A DNA stretch of 64,000 nucleotides, from IMG/VR virus record IMGVR_UViG_3300020470_005894, positions 29,915 to 93,914 of that record; one strand, 5' to 3'. The stretch's first letter is position 1. The number at the start of each line of letters is the position of its first letter. Position numbers and translations under genes: made by a program. The notes beneath the pieces are model-generated. The model saw only the letters and a program-made list of their open reading frames with translations. It ran no database searches and was not told the DNA's origin. This stretch comes from a virus. Shown here piece by piece: positions 19,018 through 29,258 of this stretch.

Positions 19018-19842
19018 CTAGACTTCCCAAGCGACGCGAATGTAATTAACTTGAATATTGTTAGTCGCACCGGTTGTCTCTTGGAAAAGAATTGGCCTTA
19101 AGGAACTATCATCTGGAATATTTGAGCTGATAGTTTTAACTAAAGTCATATCTCCAGGTTCAGTACCAGATGCAGCCTGAGAATGATAAAGTTTAACTAC
19201 CGAACCATCCCAGTGAAGAGCCATATTCAGGACATCATTATCAGCAGCATAAGTCAAGGCAGTCGGAAAAGCTGCAGCGATCGTCCCATCACCATTTTTG
19301 TTGTGTGCATACTGAATTGCATCAACGTTATGCGCAGGCTTGACAAATCCAATTCTGTCGGTGCCGCCGCCGGCAGCTTCAAGGTGAATCGAGTCGACGG
19401 TAATAGCATTCTCCGTAACACCGAAAAAGAATTCAGCGTCGTCATGATTTGCGACCTTAATAGAAGCTTCCATCCACCATCTTTTTGTGCTTGATGCGCA
19501 GCTAATCGGCGCAGCATCAAGGCCGATTGCTGTTTGATTTCCTGCAGAGTTGCCACCAGCTAGCTGAATAGAGCCATCTGTAAAATCACTATCACTATTA
19601 ATAGCAGTGACCGCGCCAGAGTTGGCATCGTCAAAAAGCCAGATACCAGTTGTTGCGTTATCAGCAACCGGAAGCAAATCAACCACGCCGCCTGCGTGCA
19701 TTTGTCCCATACATGCGACTTTTAAATTACGGCGCAAGCCAGGCACCATCGGAGGGCGGACATACCCCCACTCATCGTTTTTACTACGAGGTACTTCCAT
19801 AAGGCTATCAAGCCTCCTACGTCCTAATCTTCGACTTCCCAT
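19018..19842 (-). CDS. Hypothetical virion protein (basic N-terminus, beta-rich body; possible capsid decoration)
   Basis: Starts MGSRRLGRRRL; strong SD AAGGAG; between capsid and neck genes; preceded by the late-type motif. Confidence 0.5.
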   Translation of the reverse strand: MGSRRLGRRRLDSLMEVPRSKNDEWGYVRPPMVPGLRRNLKVACMGQMHAGGVVDLLPVADNATTGIWLFDDANSGAVTAINSDSDFTDGSIQLAGGNSAGNQTAIGLDAAPISCASSTKRWWMEASIKVANHDDAEFFFGVTENAITVDSIHLEAAGGGTDRIGFVKPAHNVDAIQYAHNKNGDGTIAAAFPTALTYAADNDVLNMALHWDGSVVKLYHSQAASGTEPGDMTLVKTISSNIPDDSSLRPILFQETTGATNNIQVNYIRVAWEV

Positions 19843-19861
19843 TTTTTGTTTCTCCTTTTTT

Positions 19862-19960
19862 AAGTTATCGATAACTTGATTTTAATCACGAAACATAGCC
19901 AGCCACCTCGGCTATGAATCTTCAAGGGTCAGTGGCCCCGACCCGGGAGAATAATTTCAA
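19862..19960 (-). ncRNA. Candidate structured RNA leader with two hairpins and complementary loops
   Basis: Minus strand GGGUCG-GGGCCAC-UGACCC and CAUAGCCG-AGGUGGC-UGGCUAUG; loop segments GCCAC and GUGGC are complementary; perfect palindrome AAGTTATCGATAACTT just before the SD. Confidence 0.45.
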
Positions 19961-20062
19961 GTTGTATTATAAATAGTTGATTTAAAAGTCAAAATCTCAA
20001 AAATTAGCAGCGATATTTTTTTGAGTATTCTGATTTTTTAAAGGTTAAAAGTTTTGTGACTT

Positions 20063-20266
20063 TTATTCAGACTCTTCCTCTTCAACTGTCTCCTCTGAAT
20101 CTGATACTTCTTCAGATGATTCTGGGTTAAGGGCAGATAACAAGCCAATTGCTTCTGCTAATAAACCAGCTTCTTCAAGACTAAAAGCTCCTCTTTTCTG
20201 AGCTAGCTGCGCAGCTTGAACCAATAAATCGACAGCTTGTCCCGGTGTTTCAACTCTTTGTGACAT
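20063..20266 (-). CDS. Small acidic hypothetical protein
   Basis: 67 aa, SD AAGGAG, LVQAAQLAQKRGAFSLEEA core and acidic tail. Confidence 0.7.
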   Translation of the reverse strand: MSQRVETPGQAVDLLVQAAQLAQKRGAFSLEEAGLLAEAIGLLSALNPESSEEVSDSEETVEEEESE

Positions 20267-20297
20267 TTTATTCTCCTTCTAATATGTCGGTGTCACC

Positions 20298-20326
20298 ATT
20301 ATATAGGCATAAGATATTAATGTTAA
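20298..20326 (-). promoter_or_regulatory. Sigma70-type promoter TTAACA-N17-TATAAT
   Basis: Minus strand TTAACA ttaatatcttatgccta TATAAT, upstream of the 20266 start. Confidence 0.55.
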
Positions 20327-20335
20327 ATTTTTTTT

Positions 20336-20371
20336 AAAAAAAACCCCGCCAAGGAAAACCCAAGGCGGGGC
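20336..20371 (-). terminator. Rho-independent terminator after the major capsid gene
   Basis: Minus strand GCCCCGCCTTGG-gtttt-CCTTGGCGGGG followed by a T tract. Confidence 0.85.
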
Positions 20372-20397
20372 ATAATTTAATCAACCTTTATTGGTGA

Positions 20398-22266
20398 TTA
20401 GCTAGAGCCTTCCTCACCGAGGAGGCCGCGGACAACAACAAGACCATACATATCAGGTCGGACCATCTTCTTGGCGTATCGAGTCATGACTCCCTTACGG
20501 GGCACGAAATCCTCGGTACCGAAGATCGTCGGAGTGACCTGGAGAGGCACATATGGAGCGTAAACATAGCCACTTTCAAGGAAGCTTCCGCCGCGTCGTC
20601 CAACGAGAACGAGATTACGGGGGAAGTAGGGATCGACATATACGTCCCACTTCTTGGAAAGTGAACCAACGTTGACAGCGCCAACAGAGCCCTTGTCAGA
20701 ATCATGAGTAATGCTCGCACGGAAACCAGCAGTAAACTCAAGGATATTAGCAACTTCAGGTGACGTCACCAAGAAGTTAGCTCCACCGCGAAGAGTTTTT
20801 CTGTGAATCTGAGCTGAAACATCATTAATGGTCTCAACAAGAGTCTCATACCACTCGCTAACCGTACCGGTGAAGTCCGGAGCAGCGGCAGCTGCACCAA
20901 GCTCGGAACCAGTGTTACGGCTAACAAACAAACCAGGCGAACGTGACCAGTAGAAAGTACTAGCAGTGGCGCCTTCGATGAGGTCCTTAACAATCTCACG
21001 ATCGATCTCAAGAGCAATCTGCTCGGAGAGAATCTGAGTAAGCTCAACCTCGGCGTCGAGGTTGTGGTAAGCGTTGAGGTCCTGACCAAGTTCAGGGGTC
21101 CACTTAGCTTTGAGCTTCTTCGTCATCGCGGTAACAGCAATGCTGTCGACCTTGATGTCAATCTCAGGAATCTCATCTTTTGCAGCAGCTGAAGCGCGAT
21201 TTGTATCCACTCCGGCAGTTGCACCAGCTTCTTCAAGGCCCCAGTTATCAGTTCCCTTAATCGCGCCGAGAGCATCAGCAGTCGTAAATGCGTCGATCAT
21301 TGGGTAGGTCAAAAGTAGAGCTGCCGCGTCGATGTCGCCGGCAGTAAGAGCTGAACCCTGCACGTAGAAAGTAATACCGCAGTTGTTTTTACCATGGTAA
21401 AGATTCTCTAAAGTCACACCATTGGAGGCCTTTGTGCCCAGGTGGGTTAACCTACGAAGAATCTTTGCTCCGGTACCAGGAACAGGCGTACCATCAGCCT
21501 CAGTAAGATTGAAAGCACCCATGTTTCTGAAGTTCATTTTAGCAGCCTCAGCAGCAGTAACATGAACAACAACTTCACAAATTTCATCAGTAGCCGTGCC
21601 TCCTAGGACATCGGGGTCATGACGAATAGCGTTTTTCTGTGCCTCGGTCAAGTTCTGAACCTGAACCTCAGAGCCTGCAAACGCCGTAAAGCTAGTGTGC
21701 GTAGAGCTGAAAGCAGGCGCAGTAGCAATTGTCGCGAAGGTTGTACGAGCACTAGAATCAGCAGCAAGCGCAAGAGCACCAGTCACGTGTGAGTAAGCGT
21801 TGGAAAGGTCATAGAAACCGCCGCCTTCTTCAGTGATGTCGGAAACACCACCAGTCAGCTGGCTACCAACAACTCCGCCACCATATAGCGAGTCGCTCTG
21901 ATCAATACCGAGACGAGCTGCGGTTTGGTCACTGTACTGGAAATCCAGGAAGAAAATGAGACCGGACGGCAAGCTCATTGGCTGAACCGACACGAGATCA
22001 TTTGCAAGTAGTCCACCGAATACACGACGGACAATCGGGAACGCTACGGAAGCGAATCCCTCAACATCACCAGCTGCCATAGATGAAGCCTCTTTAAGAA
22101 GCTGAGCAGCCTGATTTTCTAATAGACGGGCCATGCCCTGTCTTGAGCTATCGTCTTCAAGACCCTCAAGAAGTCCGGTGCGTTCCCACTTCTCTAATAG
22201 AGCAGCACCTTCTCTCTGGAGGCTTCTTTGTGCGATGCCTTCAGTTAGCTTTTTTAATACAGACAT
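20398..22266 (-). CDS. Major capsid protein (T4 gp23-like)
   Basis: LLEKW..TGLLEG, FPIVRRVF, VSVQPMSLPSGLIFFLDF, KLKAKWTPELGQDLNAYH.LDAEVELT, GYVYAPYVPL, GVMTRYA. Confidence 0.97.
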   Translation of the reverse strand: MSVLKKLTEGIAQRSLQREGAALLEKWERTGLLEGLEDDSSRQGMARLLENQAAQLLKEASSMAAGDVEGFASVAFPIVRRVFGGLLANDLVSVQPMSLPSGLIFFLDFQYSDQTAARLGIDQSDSLYGGGVVGSQLTGGVSDITEEGGGFYDLSNAYSHVTGALALAADSSARTTFATIATAPAFSSTHTSFTAFAGSEVQVQNLTEAQKNAIRHDPDVLGGTATDEICEVVVHVTAAEAAKMNFRNMGAFNLTEADGTPVPGTGAKILRRLTHLGTKASNGVTLENLYHGKNNCGITFYVQGSALTAGDIDAAALLLTYPMIDAFTTADALGAIKGTDNWGLEEAGATAGVDTNRASAAAKDEIPEIDIKVDSIAVTAMTKKLKAKWTPELGQDLNAYHNLDAEVELTQILSEQIALEIDREIVKDLIEGATASTFYWSRSPGLFVSRNTGSELGAAAAAPDFTGTVSEWYETLVETINDVSAQIHRKTLRGGANFLVTSPEVANILEFTAGFRASITHDSDKGSVGAVNVGSLSKKWDVYVDPYFPRNLVLVGRRGGSFLESGYVYAPYVPLQVTPTIFGTEDFVPRKGVMTRYAKKMVRPDMYGLVVVRGLLGEEGSS

Positions 22267-22307
22267 TTTTTTAATCTCCTTTATAGTTTATAATCTGTTT
22301 AACCTTG

Positions 22308-23471
22308 CTAGGATTTTATTCCTGCAAGAGATTTCCAACGATCATACGTTGGACTACTTTCTTTTTGCCTGACAGGCTCTCTTCTCCTGTTAGACAAAAT
22401 CATTGAAGAGGATTTTTCGACTGCTTCGCCTAGTGATTCCGGCCGCTTTTTACGAGAGGTGCTGCCCACTGTGCCTTCAAGGGTCTCAAATATTACTTTT
22501 GCTTCTTCAATTGTACTAGCACTAGACAGACTTTCGACAAGTTTTTTCTTTTGCCGCTCATTCATGGAGTTGCTGTTTAATACTTTGTTCTGATAAAGTA
22601 GTTTAGCATTTGCTAAATTAACCTCATCAAGTTTTTCTTTTAATTGTAGTACAGCTTGACTAAATCTAGCCGCTTGTTTATGCGACTCCTCAATAACTGT
22701 TCTAAATTGTGTGTTTTGTGTTGTTAAGTGCTCGTTAACACTTTGCAGCTTTTTCACTGCATTGTTAATCTCTGCTCTGTGCTCTCTTCTAACAGAATCT
22801 TGCTCTAGGGCTAATAATTCTTCTTCTGCCAGTCTGACGGTTGATTCTGGCAGGCCGGCCCAGCCTCCTTTACGAGTAGCCAGGGGATCAATATCAACTA
22901 TTAATGCTTCTTGAATTGCTTCCTCCAGGGTTGCCTCAAAATCTGCCTCATCAAGAACAATTTCTTCATCCATCACATCACCCTCTTCCAAACTATACTC
23001 TTCCAAGCCATACCCTTCTGTGAAAGACGCTTCGGGAGCGCCTAAACCAGGTACATTGGGATCTTCCCCGACCATTTCCTCCAGATCAACTTTGTCCATC
23101 TCAAGAAGCACATTTTCTTGTATTTCTGGGTCGTCAATAAAGTCGCCGCCGAAGCGCATTGTTTCACTTAGTTTTGTGACCTCTTTCATTAATTGTTCCA
23201 AAGGAATCTCGACTTCTTCATCTAAATCTTCTGTGGTGACTGCAAGAGGAATATGCTCCATTACTTTTGGAGGCTCTCCAGTTTCGCCCTCTTCAGCAGG
23301 ATTAGGCCCAGCGCCCATAGCAGCTGCTGGGTCTTCTTGCTCAAGCAAGGATGAAACAGCATTTTTAATTTGATTTGAATACTTTTCTAAAACTAAATTT
23401 TCAGCATTTCTAACTGCAGCCTCTTTTAAAGCAGCGGCATCAATTATCGCTTTTTCTAACATGTCAGACAT
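22308..23471 (-). CDS. Prohead core scaffold protein (gp22-like)
   Basis: Highly acidic coiled coil directly upstream of the capsid gene; LDEVNLANAKLLY and terminal RWKSLAGI. Confidence 0.75.
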   Translation of the reverse strand: MSDMLEKAIIDAAALKEAAVRNAENLVLEKYSNQIKNAVSSLLEQEDPAAAMGAGPNPAEEGETGEPPKVMEHIPLAVTTEDLDEEVEIPLEQLMKEVTKLSETMRFGGDFIDDPEIQENVLLEMDKVDLEEMVGEDPNVPGLGAPEASFTEGYGLEEYSLEEGDVMDEEIVLDEADFEATLEEAIQEALIVDIDPLATRKGGWAGLPESTVRLAEEELLALEQDSVRREHRAEINNAVKKLQSVNEHLTTQNTQFRTVIEESHKQAARFSQAVLQLKEKLDEVNLANAKLLYQNKVLNSNSMNERQKKKLVESLSSASTIEEAKVIFETLEGTVGSTSRKKRPESLGEAVEKSSSMILSNRRREPVRQKESSPTYDRWKSLAGIKS

Positions 23472-23567
23472 TTAATCTCTCCTAGAAACAATAGGTCATA
23501 GTAAATAGTAGGTAGAAGCTTTAAATGACTGTTTTTTGAAAACGTAGCTTTGTCCACTCAACCACTC

Positions 23568-26500
23568 CTAAGATGTTATAGTGTAAGCAGGGCCATCGGG
23601 AACAATTTGTACCGCCTCGCTGCTGCTGGCGGCGTTTGTAACTCGAAACAAGAAATTACGTGCTTGGCCAGGTGTAAGTGTATAGGTGGTTGCCGCTTGT
23701 CCCTGAGGATCGGTGACACCAGTTCCAAGATCTAGAACAATATTATTAGCGCCGTCGCCTCCACCTGTGTCGAAATCAAAATTACAATATTTAAAAGTGA
23801 ATATCTGGTTGTTAACACATCCTGGAATTGCAGCAACTATTTGAGCTGCAGTTGGTGTGATATCGGTACGCGTGCCTGATAGGGCACCGTTCGTACCCCG
23901 GGCGAGAGCTGCATAAATCAATTGTGCGACAGTTATGGTGTGATTACCATCGGTGTTGACTTGATTGAGAACTTGCGTTGTTATAATTGGGCCGTTCGCG
24001 CGTATGGCAAGAGCCGGCCAAGCTGAGTCTTGCTGAATGTCTAGAGGAACAGTCTTGGTAGCAGATCCATTGTCATTAACAATTTTAACTATTTGTTGAA
24101 GATTGGTTGATGTGCCGTCATATTCTGCATAAATCAAGTTACCGCCATTTAAACTATTATTCGTACATGTCAAGTTTATTACTTTACCACTCGTAAGAGC
24201 GTCGGCCGATACATCAATAGCGGTACCAGTTGTCAGTGCATCACCGTTAAGTTCTAAGATTATACCATCTGTTTGCTCAGAGTCAATTCTAAAGGCTCTT
24301 GCTGCGGTACCGTCTGTTCCATCAAAATCAATATCCAAGCCAACAATTGCGTTAGAATCAGATGCATTTGAAGCATCTTTAGTAATCTTAACGATTGTGT
24401 AATCATCTGTTGAAGTACCTGAGCCATTGATATCCAAAAGGACAGCGCCATTCAAGTTGTTGCTTGTGCTAGCTAGGGAGATACCCTTACCAGTAGTAAG
24501 GCCATCTGCTGAAATATTTATAACATTCGAACTAGTTAATGCGTCAGCTGTAATATCAACAACGTTTGCATCTTCATTCCCGGCGTCAATGTCAAGCGCA
24601 ATTGCGTCTGGGTCGTCATTGTCAATTAACAAAGCCGGCGCGCCTGAGTCTGAATCGTTTTCAATCTCAACTCCGTCACCATCAAGTTTAATGGCGCCGT
24701 CAATAGTGAATGTAAGATCAGCCGCATGCCCGCCGTCATCAACAGTGGTGATAGTAGTGGCGCCAGCAGCACCGACTTGAATTTTGAATAAATCATCTGC
24801 GTCTGCGGAACTTTGTATTGTTAAATCATCGCCACCATCAGCGCACTTAAGCACAAGGCCAAGATTGTTGTCGCCGCCTGTTGCAGTAATCTCCATGCCA
24901 GTGGCGGTACCGGCACCATTCGTGCCAGCAGTTGCAGTAATAATAGCACCTGTAACAGCTGCAGTTCCTGCATCTGCATCATGTGTCAGGGTCGGGGTGA
25001 TACTGGCACCAATCATTGTGTTAGTGCCGTTGGTCGCAGAAGTGTTGTCCATATCCAAAAACAAGCCATAAATTGTATTATTGGACGTTGTATTGCCTGT
25101 CTTGTCAAAGTTTATGTCCAAAGCTTTTATGGTTGCCGCGCTTGTATCAGTGTAAGTATGTGTAATTACAACACCATCTGCGTCGGCGGCGCCGGGATCA
25201 ATAGTCGCTTTACCATCTAGATTAAAACCGCCAACACATTTGATGGCGTCGGTAGCATCACCAGTGACAATAAGTGAGTCAGCTGACATGTCCCAATGTA
25301 TATGATTGCCTGCTGACTCTCCATAGAACTTAAAGTCAATACCATGATTATCTGCGCCACCGATAAGAATACCCTCAGTTTCACCATCGTGATCCCATGT
25401 AATTCCTACATGTGCCGCTGTAGCAGAATGCAATACAAGATCTGCGCCGTCGCCGCTGGTACCGACGTTAAGTGTGGATCCATCAAAAGTAAGTTGGGCT
25501 TCGCCGTTTAGAGCGTCCGAAGAGCTAAACGTTGCTATTCGATCATCTGAACCATTTGCGACAGCAGAAACTGCACCGCCGCCGCCACTGGCCCAAGAAG
25601 GTATACCGCTGGCTAACTTAAGGACTTGGCCATCCGATCCTTTTGCCAATCTTACATACTTAGTGCCATTATAATATAAAATGTCACCAGATGCATCTGA
25701 GCCGACAGCAAAGCCACCTGCAAAAGTAACCAACTGTGCTTCACTGATCGTAAGGGCTGTTTGGAGCCCAGAATCATTATTAGTTTTAAGAATCAGCTGG
25801 CCTTTTTCATCGTCGGATGAACCAACATGGCTAACTTCAATCTGACCTAATGCGTTATTACCATGATCCTCAAATATAATCTTGGTTTCACACCCTCCAG
25901 CAGAGTTCTCAGAAGTGCTGTTCTGCAAAGTTAGATAAGCATCGGCGCCTTTAAGCTGAAGTAGGGTGCCTGGAGCTGAATCGCCAATACCAACATTGCC
26001 ATCAGTATGAATTCGCATGCGTTCTGCAGGGGTGGCAGCTGCTGTACCACTTGATCCTGCTACGGCAGTCTTGAATTGTATTGATGAAGTGCCAGTGCCT
26101 GTAGCTGCTCCAGATGATAATACTAGATCTCCGCCAGTCCTATTTGCTGTGCCGGAACCAGCTGTTACACCGCCTGAAGTAATTGTCAGACTCTTGCCTG
26201 CTGTTCCTGCAGCCGTAGCAGTAACGCCAAGTGTTGCGTTCTGGCCGTTTCCATAAGTGACGTCTCCGCCAGAGACAGTTAGGTCACCAGTTAATGTAAC
26301 ATCATTTGGTAGACCAATTGTGACAGTGGTGCCGGTGGCCGAGGTGTTAACCTCATTGCTTGTGCCGACTATTGATAAAGTCTCGCTGTTGAGATCAATA
26401 TCAATCGTTCCTGAATCTGCAGTAACATCCAGATCTTCAGCTGTGATTAGAGCTTCAATCTTATCTTGAATAGCAGCAGATGTCATTAGGCTTGTGTTAT

Positions 26501-29243
26501 TATCCGCAAAGGATTCTCCAGACGTTTGTATAGCTGTCACACCGACACTGTCAAAAGTTAAAGTACCGCCACTAATAGTGACGGCGCCGGCGAAGGTTGC
26601 TAGTTTATTGCTGTCTAGCCTTAATACTTCGGATTGTGAGGCGTCAGCATCGGTTGTGTACATAACCAAGGCTGCCCCATTTTCACTTGCGCTCCAGCCG
26701 GCATCACAGATTGCTTCAATTCTTGCACCAACGGTGATTGTACCTGATCCGTCTTCTGCGCCGGCAAACTCAATAACACCTAAGCGATCGTCATCGGCCA
26801 TCGCGGCGGTGTCGTCGGAGGCTAGCCTTATAAAGCCACCTGATGAGCCTCCGCTGGCAGATCGATCAGTTATTGTAAGTTCCGGATCGGTGCCGGCAGA
26901 CTCCATTTTGATATCCCCAGTAAAAGTAGCCAAGCCATCGTCGTCAATTGTAAGTCTTACGGTGGGCACATGGTTGTCAGCATCATGTGTCGTCGCAAAA
27001 ACAATTTTCGATGGAACTGCACCTTCTCTGGCAACTGCATCGCCGGCAAACTGAATATAAGCAGCTAATTTTGCTTCGTCACTAGATCCATCACCGTCAT
27101 TCGTGACTCCCCAAGCAGCGATCTCGCCAATAACCTCTCCTGCGGCTGTGTGACTGCCAGCCCCAAAAGTATTAATAGTGTCATTTGCTACTTTTTGAAA
27201 TAATAGGCGGCCAGCTCCGCTGGCTCCATCGGTAGCATCTGACCAGCTGCTAATTTCAATTGTTGGACGAGATGCATCGCTGCTGGATTCTGTGTTAGAA
27301 ACCTCCAACATATAGCTCGGGTAGGGGTTGCCAATACCAACGAGACCTGTGTCTAAAATTCGCATGCGCTCGGCAATAGTTTCCCCATTGGTTGTAGAAA
27401 AGCTTAAATATGCGTCATTTTCATTACCATCCCATGTTTGGGCTGCATGTGCTGAGATTCTTGCTCCTTCACTAATTGTGTTCGAGCTATCTTCAGAAGC
27501 ACGGAAAGAAATGGCCCCTATATTATGAGTTGAAGTAATTGGAGCGTTGTCGTCTTGGACTAATATCAGGTAAGCGCCGTTGGCCGAGGAGGTGCCAGAG
27601 CCGCTGGTGTTTTTAACAGTCAAATCTCCAGCACTATATGTTAATGTAGACTCCGAAGTAACCGTACCATCGCCATCGTCTGTAAGAAGTTGATTTGCTG
27701 CCCCGTCGACGCCAACGGGATGCAAATCAGAAACAGAAAGTACGCCGCTGCTGGCGCTAAGACCAGTCGCAGAGGCAGTGCCGGCGATTGCAGTAACCAA
27801 ATCAGAGACTGATTCAGCTTTTGGTACGCCCGTGGCGCTGCCATCCAAGATTACTAAATGATCATCAGCTACAGCAACAGCTGCAGCTGCAAGGTTAAGT
27901 TTGGTCACCTGGCCAGAGCTATTTACTACTATTGCTGTGTTTGTTCCATGGGCAGAGCCATGGCCAATTTCGAGCGTATTGTCTCCGTCATCAAGTCCGA
28001 TTCGATAGTCTTGTTCGTTTCCGTCGAACACCAGCATTGTATCTTCTGCGCCAGCGTCACCGATGGTAAGCTTAGGGCTTGCTCCAGCTAATATAACTTC
28101 TCCGTCACCAGATGTTATAGTTAAGCCACCGTCTGAAGCAACTGCCAAAGTAGAAGCGTTACTTCCGTCATATGAAAGCTTAAGTTGCGTGCTAGCGCCA
28201 TATACTTCAAGTAAAGAATCCGGGTCGGAGACACCAATACCAACGTAGCCATCTTCGTCAATAACCATTTTTGTAGTTGCTGCCTCGCTCTTCCCAGTTT
28301 GGAAGACCAAAGCAGTTGAATTGACAGTATCTGAAAACGTGGCTTGTGCTATTGCTGCAATGGACGCCCCAATTTCATCTGAATCCGTACCAGTATCAAG
28401 AGGCGCGTAGAAATTAATACGTCCTAAGACATCATTTGCTACGACCGTAGGCTCTTTTGTTGCAAGCGTCAATACCGCGCCTGTTGTAGTAAGCCCACTC
28501 CTTATTTCAAGATCTGATATGGGGTCGACTGTTCCGATACCAATTTTGCCGGTAGAGCGTACAGTTAAATGTGTATCTGTAGCAGTAGAACTACCGTGAA
28601 GATTAAAAACACCACCTTGTGTATTCATCCCTCCAACGATGGAACCGTCTCTTCTAACTGATACGTGGCCGTGGCTATTGGCTGATGTTCCTCCAACAAT
28701 ATTTCCAACAACATCTAACTTGTATGCTGGAGTTGCGGATCCGATGCCGACTCTATCATTTGTGTAGTTGTATACAAAATTGCTTGATCCGCTATGAACA
28801 TTGTTTTTAGCAAAAATTACATGCTTATCATTTTCATAGCCCATATGAAAAGAAGAGGAACTTAAGCTACCAAGTACTATAGAACCGATAGTATCTTCAA
28901 AAGATAATTTCACCCAAGTGCCAGCGGCTCCCGCTGAACCAGAATAAATAACCCAATCATTATAATTCCAACTAGTGTAGCCCTCGACGTTGTGTGTGCC
29001 AGAGCTAGTAACTTGCCAATAATCACCGGCGGCTGCGGTTAACGGATATGTTACATCTGCAGAATAACCGCTAGCTCTGGTGCTACTACCTGTCTGAAAA
29101 AGACCTGCCAAAGGACCACCGTATTCACCATCGACGCCGGATCCGGTGCCAAAGTTTTTAGTAGCATCCCAATAGCCTCTAAACCTAGCGGCGCCTAAAA
29201 AGGCAATACTTCCTGTTGCTATGGCATCATATTGTGTTGGCAT
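23568..29243 (-). CDS. Large fibre-like structural protein (1891 aa)
   Basis: Gly/Ser/Thr/Asp-rich; five (V/I)GIGxxxP repeats typical of trimeric beta fibres; located in the head gene cluster. Confidence 0.6.
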   Translation of the reverse strand: MPTQYDAIATGSIAFLGAARFRGYWDATKNFGTGSGVDGEYGGPLAGLFQTGSSTRASGYSADVTYPLTAAAGDYWQVTSSGTHNVEGYTSWNYNDWVIYSGSAGAAGTWVKLSFEDTIGSIVLGSLSSSSFHMGYENDKHVIFAKNNVHSGSSNFVYNYTNDRVGIGSATPAYKLDVVGNIVGGTSANSHGHVSVRRDGSIVGGMNTQGGVFNLHGSSTATDTHLTVRSTGKIGIGTVDPISDLEIRSGLTTTGAVLTLATKEPTVVANDVLGRINFYAPLDTGTDSDEIGASIAAIAQATFSDTVNSTALVFQTGKSEAATTKMVIDEDGYVGIGVSDPDSLLEVYGASTQLKLSYDGSNASTLAVASDGGLTITSGDGEVILAGASPKLTIGDAGAEDTMLVFDGNEQDYRIGLDDGDNTLEIGHGSAHGTNTAIVVNSSGQVTKLNLAAAAVAVADDHLVILDGSATGVPKAESVSDLVTAIAGTASATGLSASSGVLSVSDLHPVGVDGAANQLLTDDGDGTVTSESTLTYSAGDLTVKNTSGSGTSSANGAYLILVQDDNAPITSTHNIGAISFRASEDSSNTISEGARISAHAAQTWDGNENDAYLSFSTTNGETIAERMRILDTGLVGIGNPYPSYMLEVSNTESSSDASRPTIEISSWSDATDGASGAGRLLFQKVANDTINTFGAGSHTAAGEVIGEIAAWGVTNDGDGSSDEAKLAAYIQFAGDAVAREGAVPSKIVFATTHDADNHVPTVRLTIDDDGLATFTGDIKMESAGTDPELTITDRSASGGSSGGFIRLASDDTAAMADDDRLGVIEFAGAEDGSGTITVGARIEAICDAGWSASENGAALVMYTTDADASQSEVLRLDSNKLATFAGAVTISGGTLTFDSVGVTAIQTSGESFADNNTSLMTSAAIQDKIEALITAEDLDVTADSGTIDIDLNSETLSIVGTSNEVNTSATGTTVTIGLPNDVTLTGDLTVSGGDVTYGNGQNATLGVTATAAGTAGKSLTITSGGVTAGSGTANRTGGDLVLSSGAATGTGTSSIQFKTAVAGSSGTAAATPAERMRIHTDGNVGIGDSAPGTLLQLKGADAYLTLQNSTSENSAGGCETKIIFEDHGNNALGQIEVSHVGSSDDEKGQLILKTNNDSGLQTALTISEAQLVTFAGGFAVGSDASGDILYYNGTKYVRLAKGSDGQVLKLASGIPSWASGGGGAVSAVANGSDDRIATFSSSDALNGEAQLTFDGSTLNVGTSGDGADLVLHSATAAHVGITWDHDGETEGILIGGADNHGIDFKFYGESAGNHIHWDMSADSLIVTGDATDAIKCVGGFNLDGKATIDPGAADADGVVITHTYTDTSAATIKALDINFDKTGNTTSNNTIYGLFLDMDNTSATNGTNTMIGASITPTLTHDADAGTAAVTGAIITATAGTNGAGTATGMEITATGGDNNLGLVLKCADGGDDLTIQSSADADDLFKIQVGAAGATTITTVDDGGHAADLTFTIDGAIKLDGDGVEIENDSDSGAPALLIDNDDPDAIALDIDAGNEDANVVDITADALTSSNVINISADGLTTGKGISLASTSNNLNGAVLLDINGSGTSTDDYTIVKITKDASNASDSNAIVGLDIDFDGTDGTAARAFRIDSEQTDGIILELNGDALTTGTAIDVSADALTSGKVINLTCTNNSLNGGNLIYAEYDGTSTNLQQIVKIVNDNGSATKTVPLDIQQDSAWPALAIRANGPIITTQVLNQVNTDGNHTITVAQLIYAALARGTNGALSGTRTDITPTAAQIVAAIPGCVNNQIFTFKYCNFDFDTGGGDGANNIVLDLGTGVTDPQGQAATTYTLTPGQARNFLFRVTNAASSSEAVQIVPDGPAYTITS

Positions 29244-29258
29244 TCACTAGTTCTCCCC

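Noticed and set aside
19862-19960. tRNA or a known riboswitch class
   Set aside because: No cloverleaf or T-loop, and I could not match purine or c-di-GMP riboswitch consensus by eye; kept as an unclassified structure pending an Rfam search.
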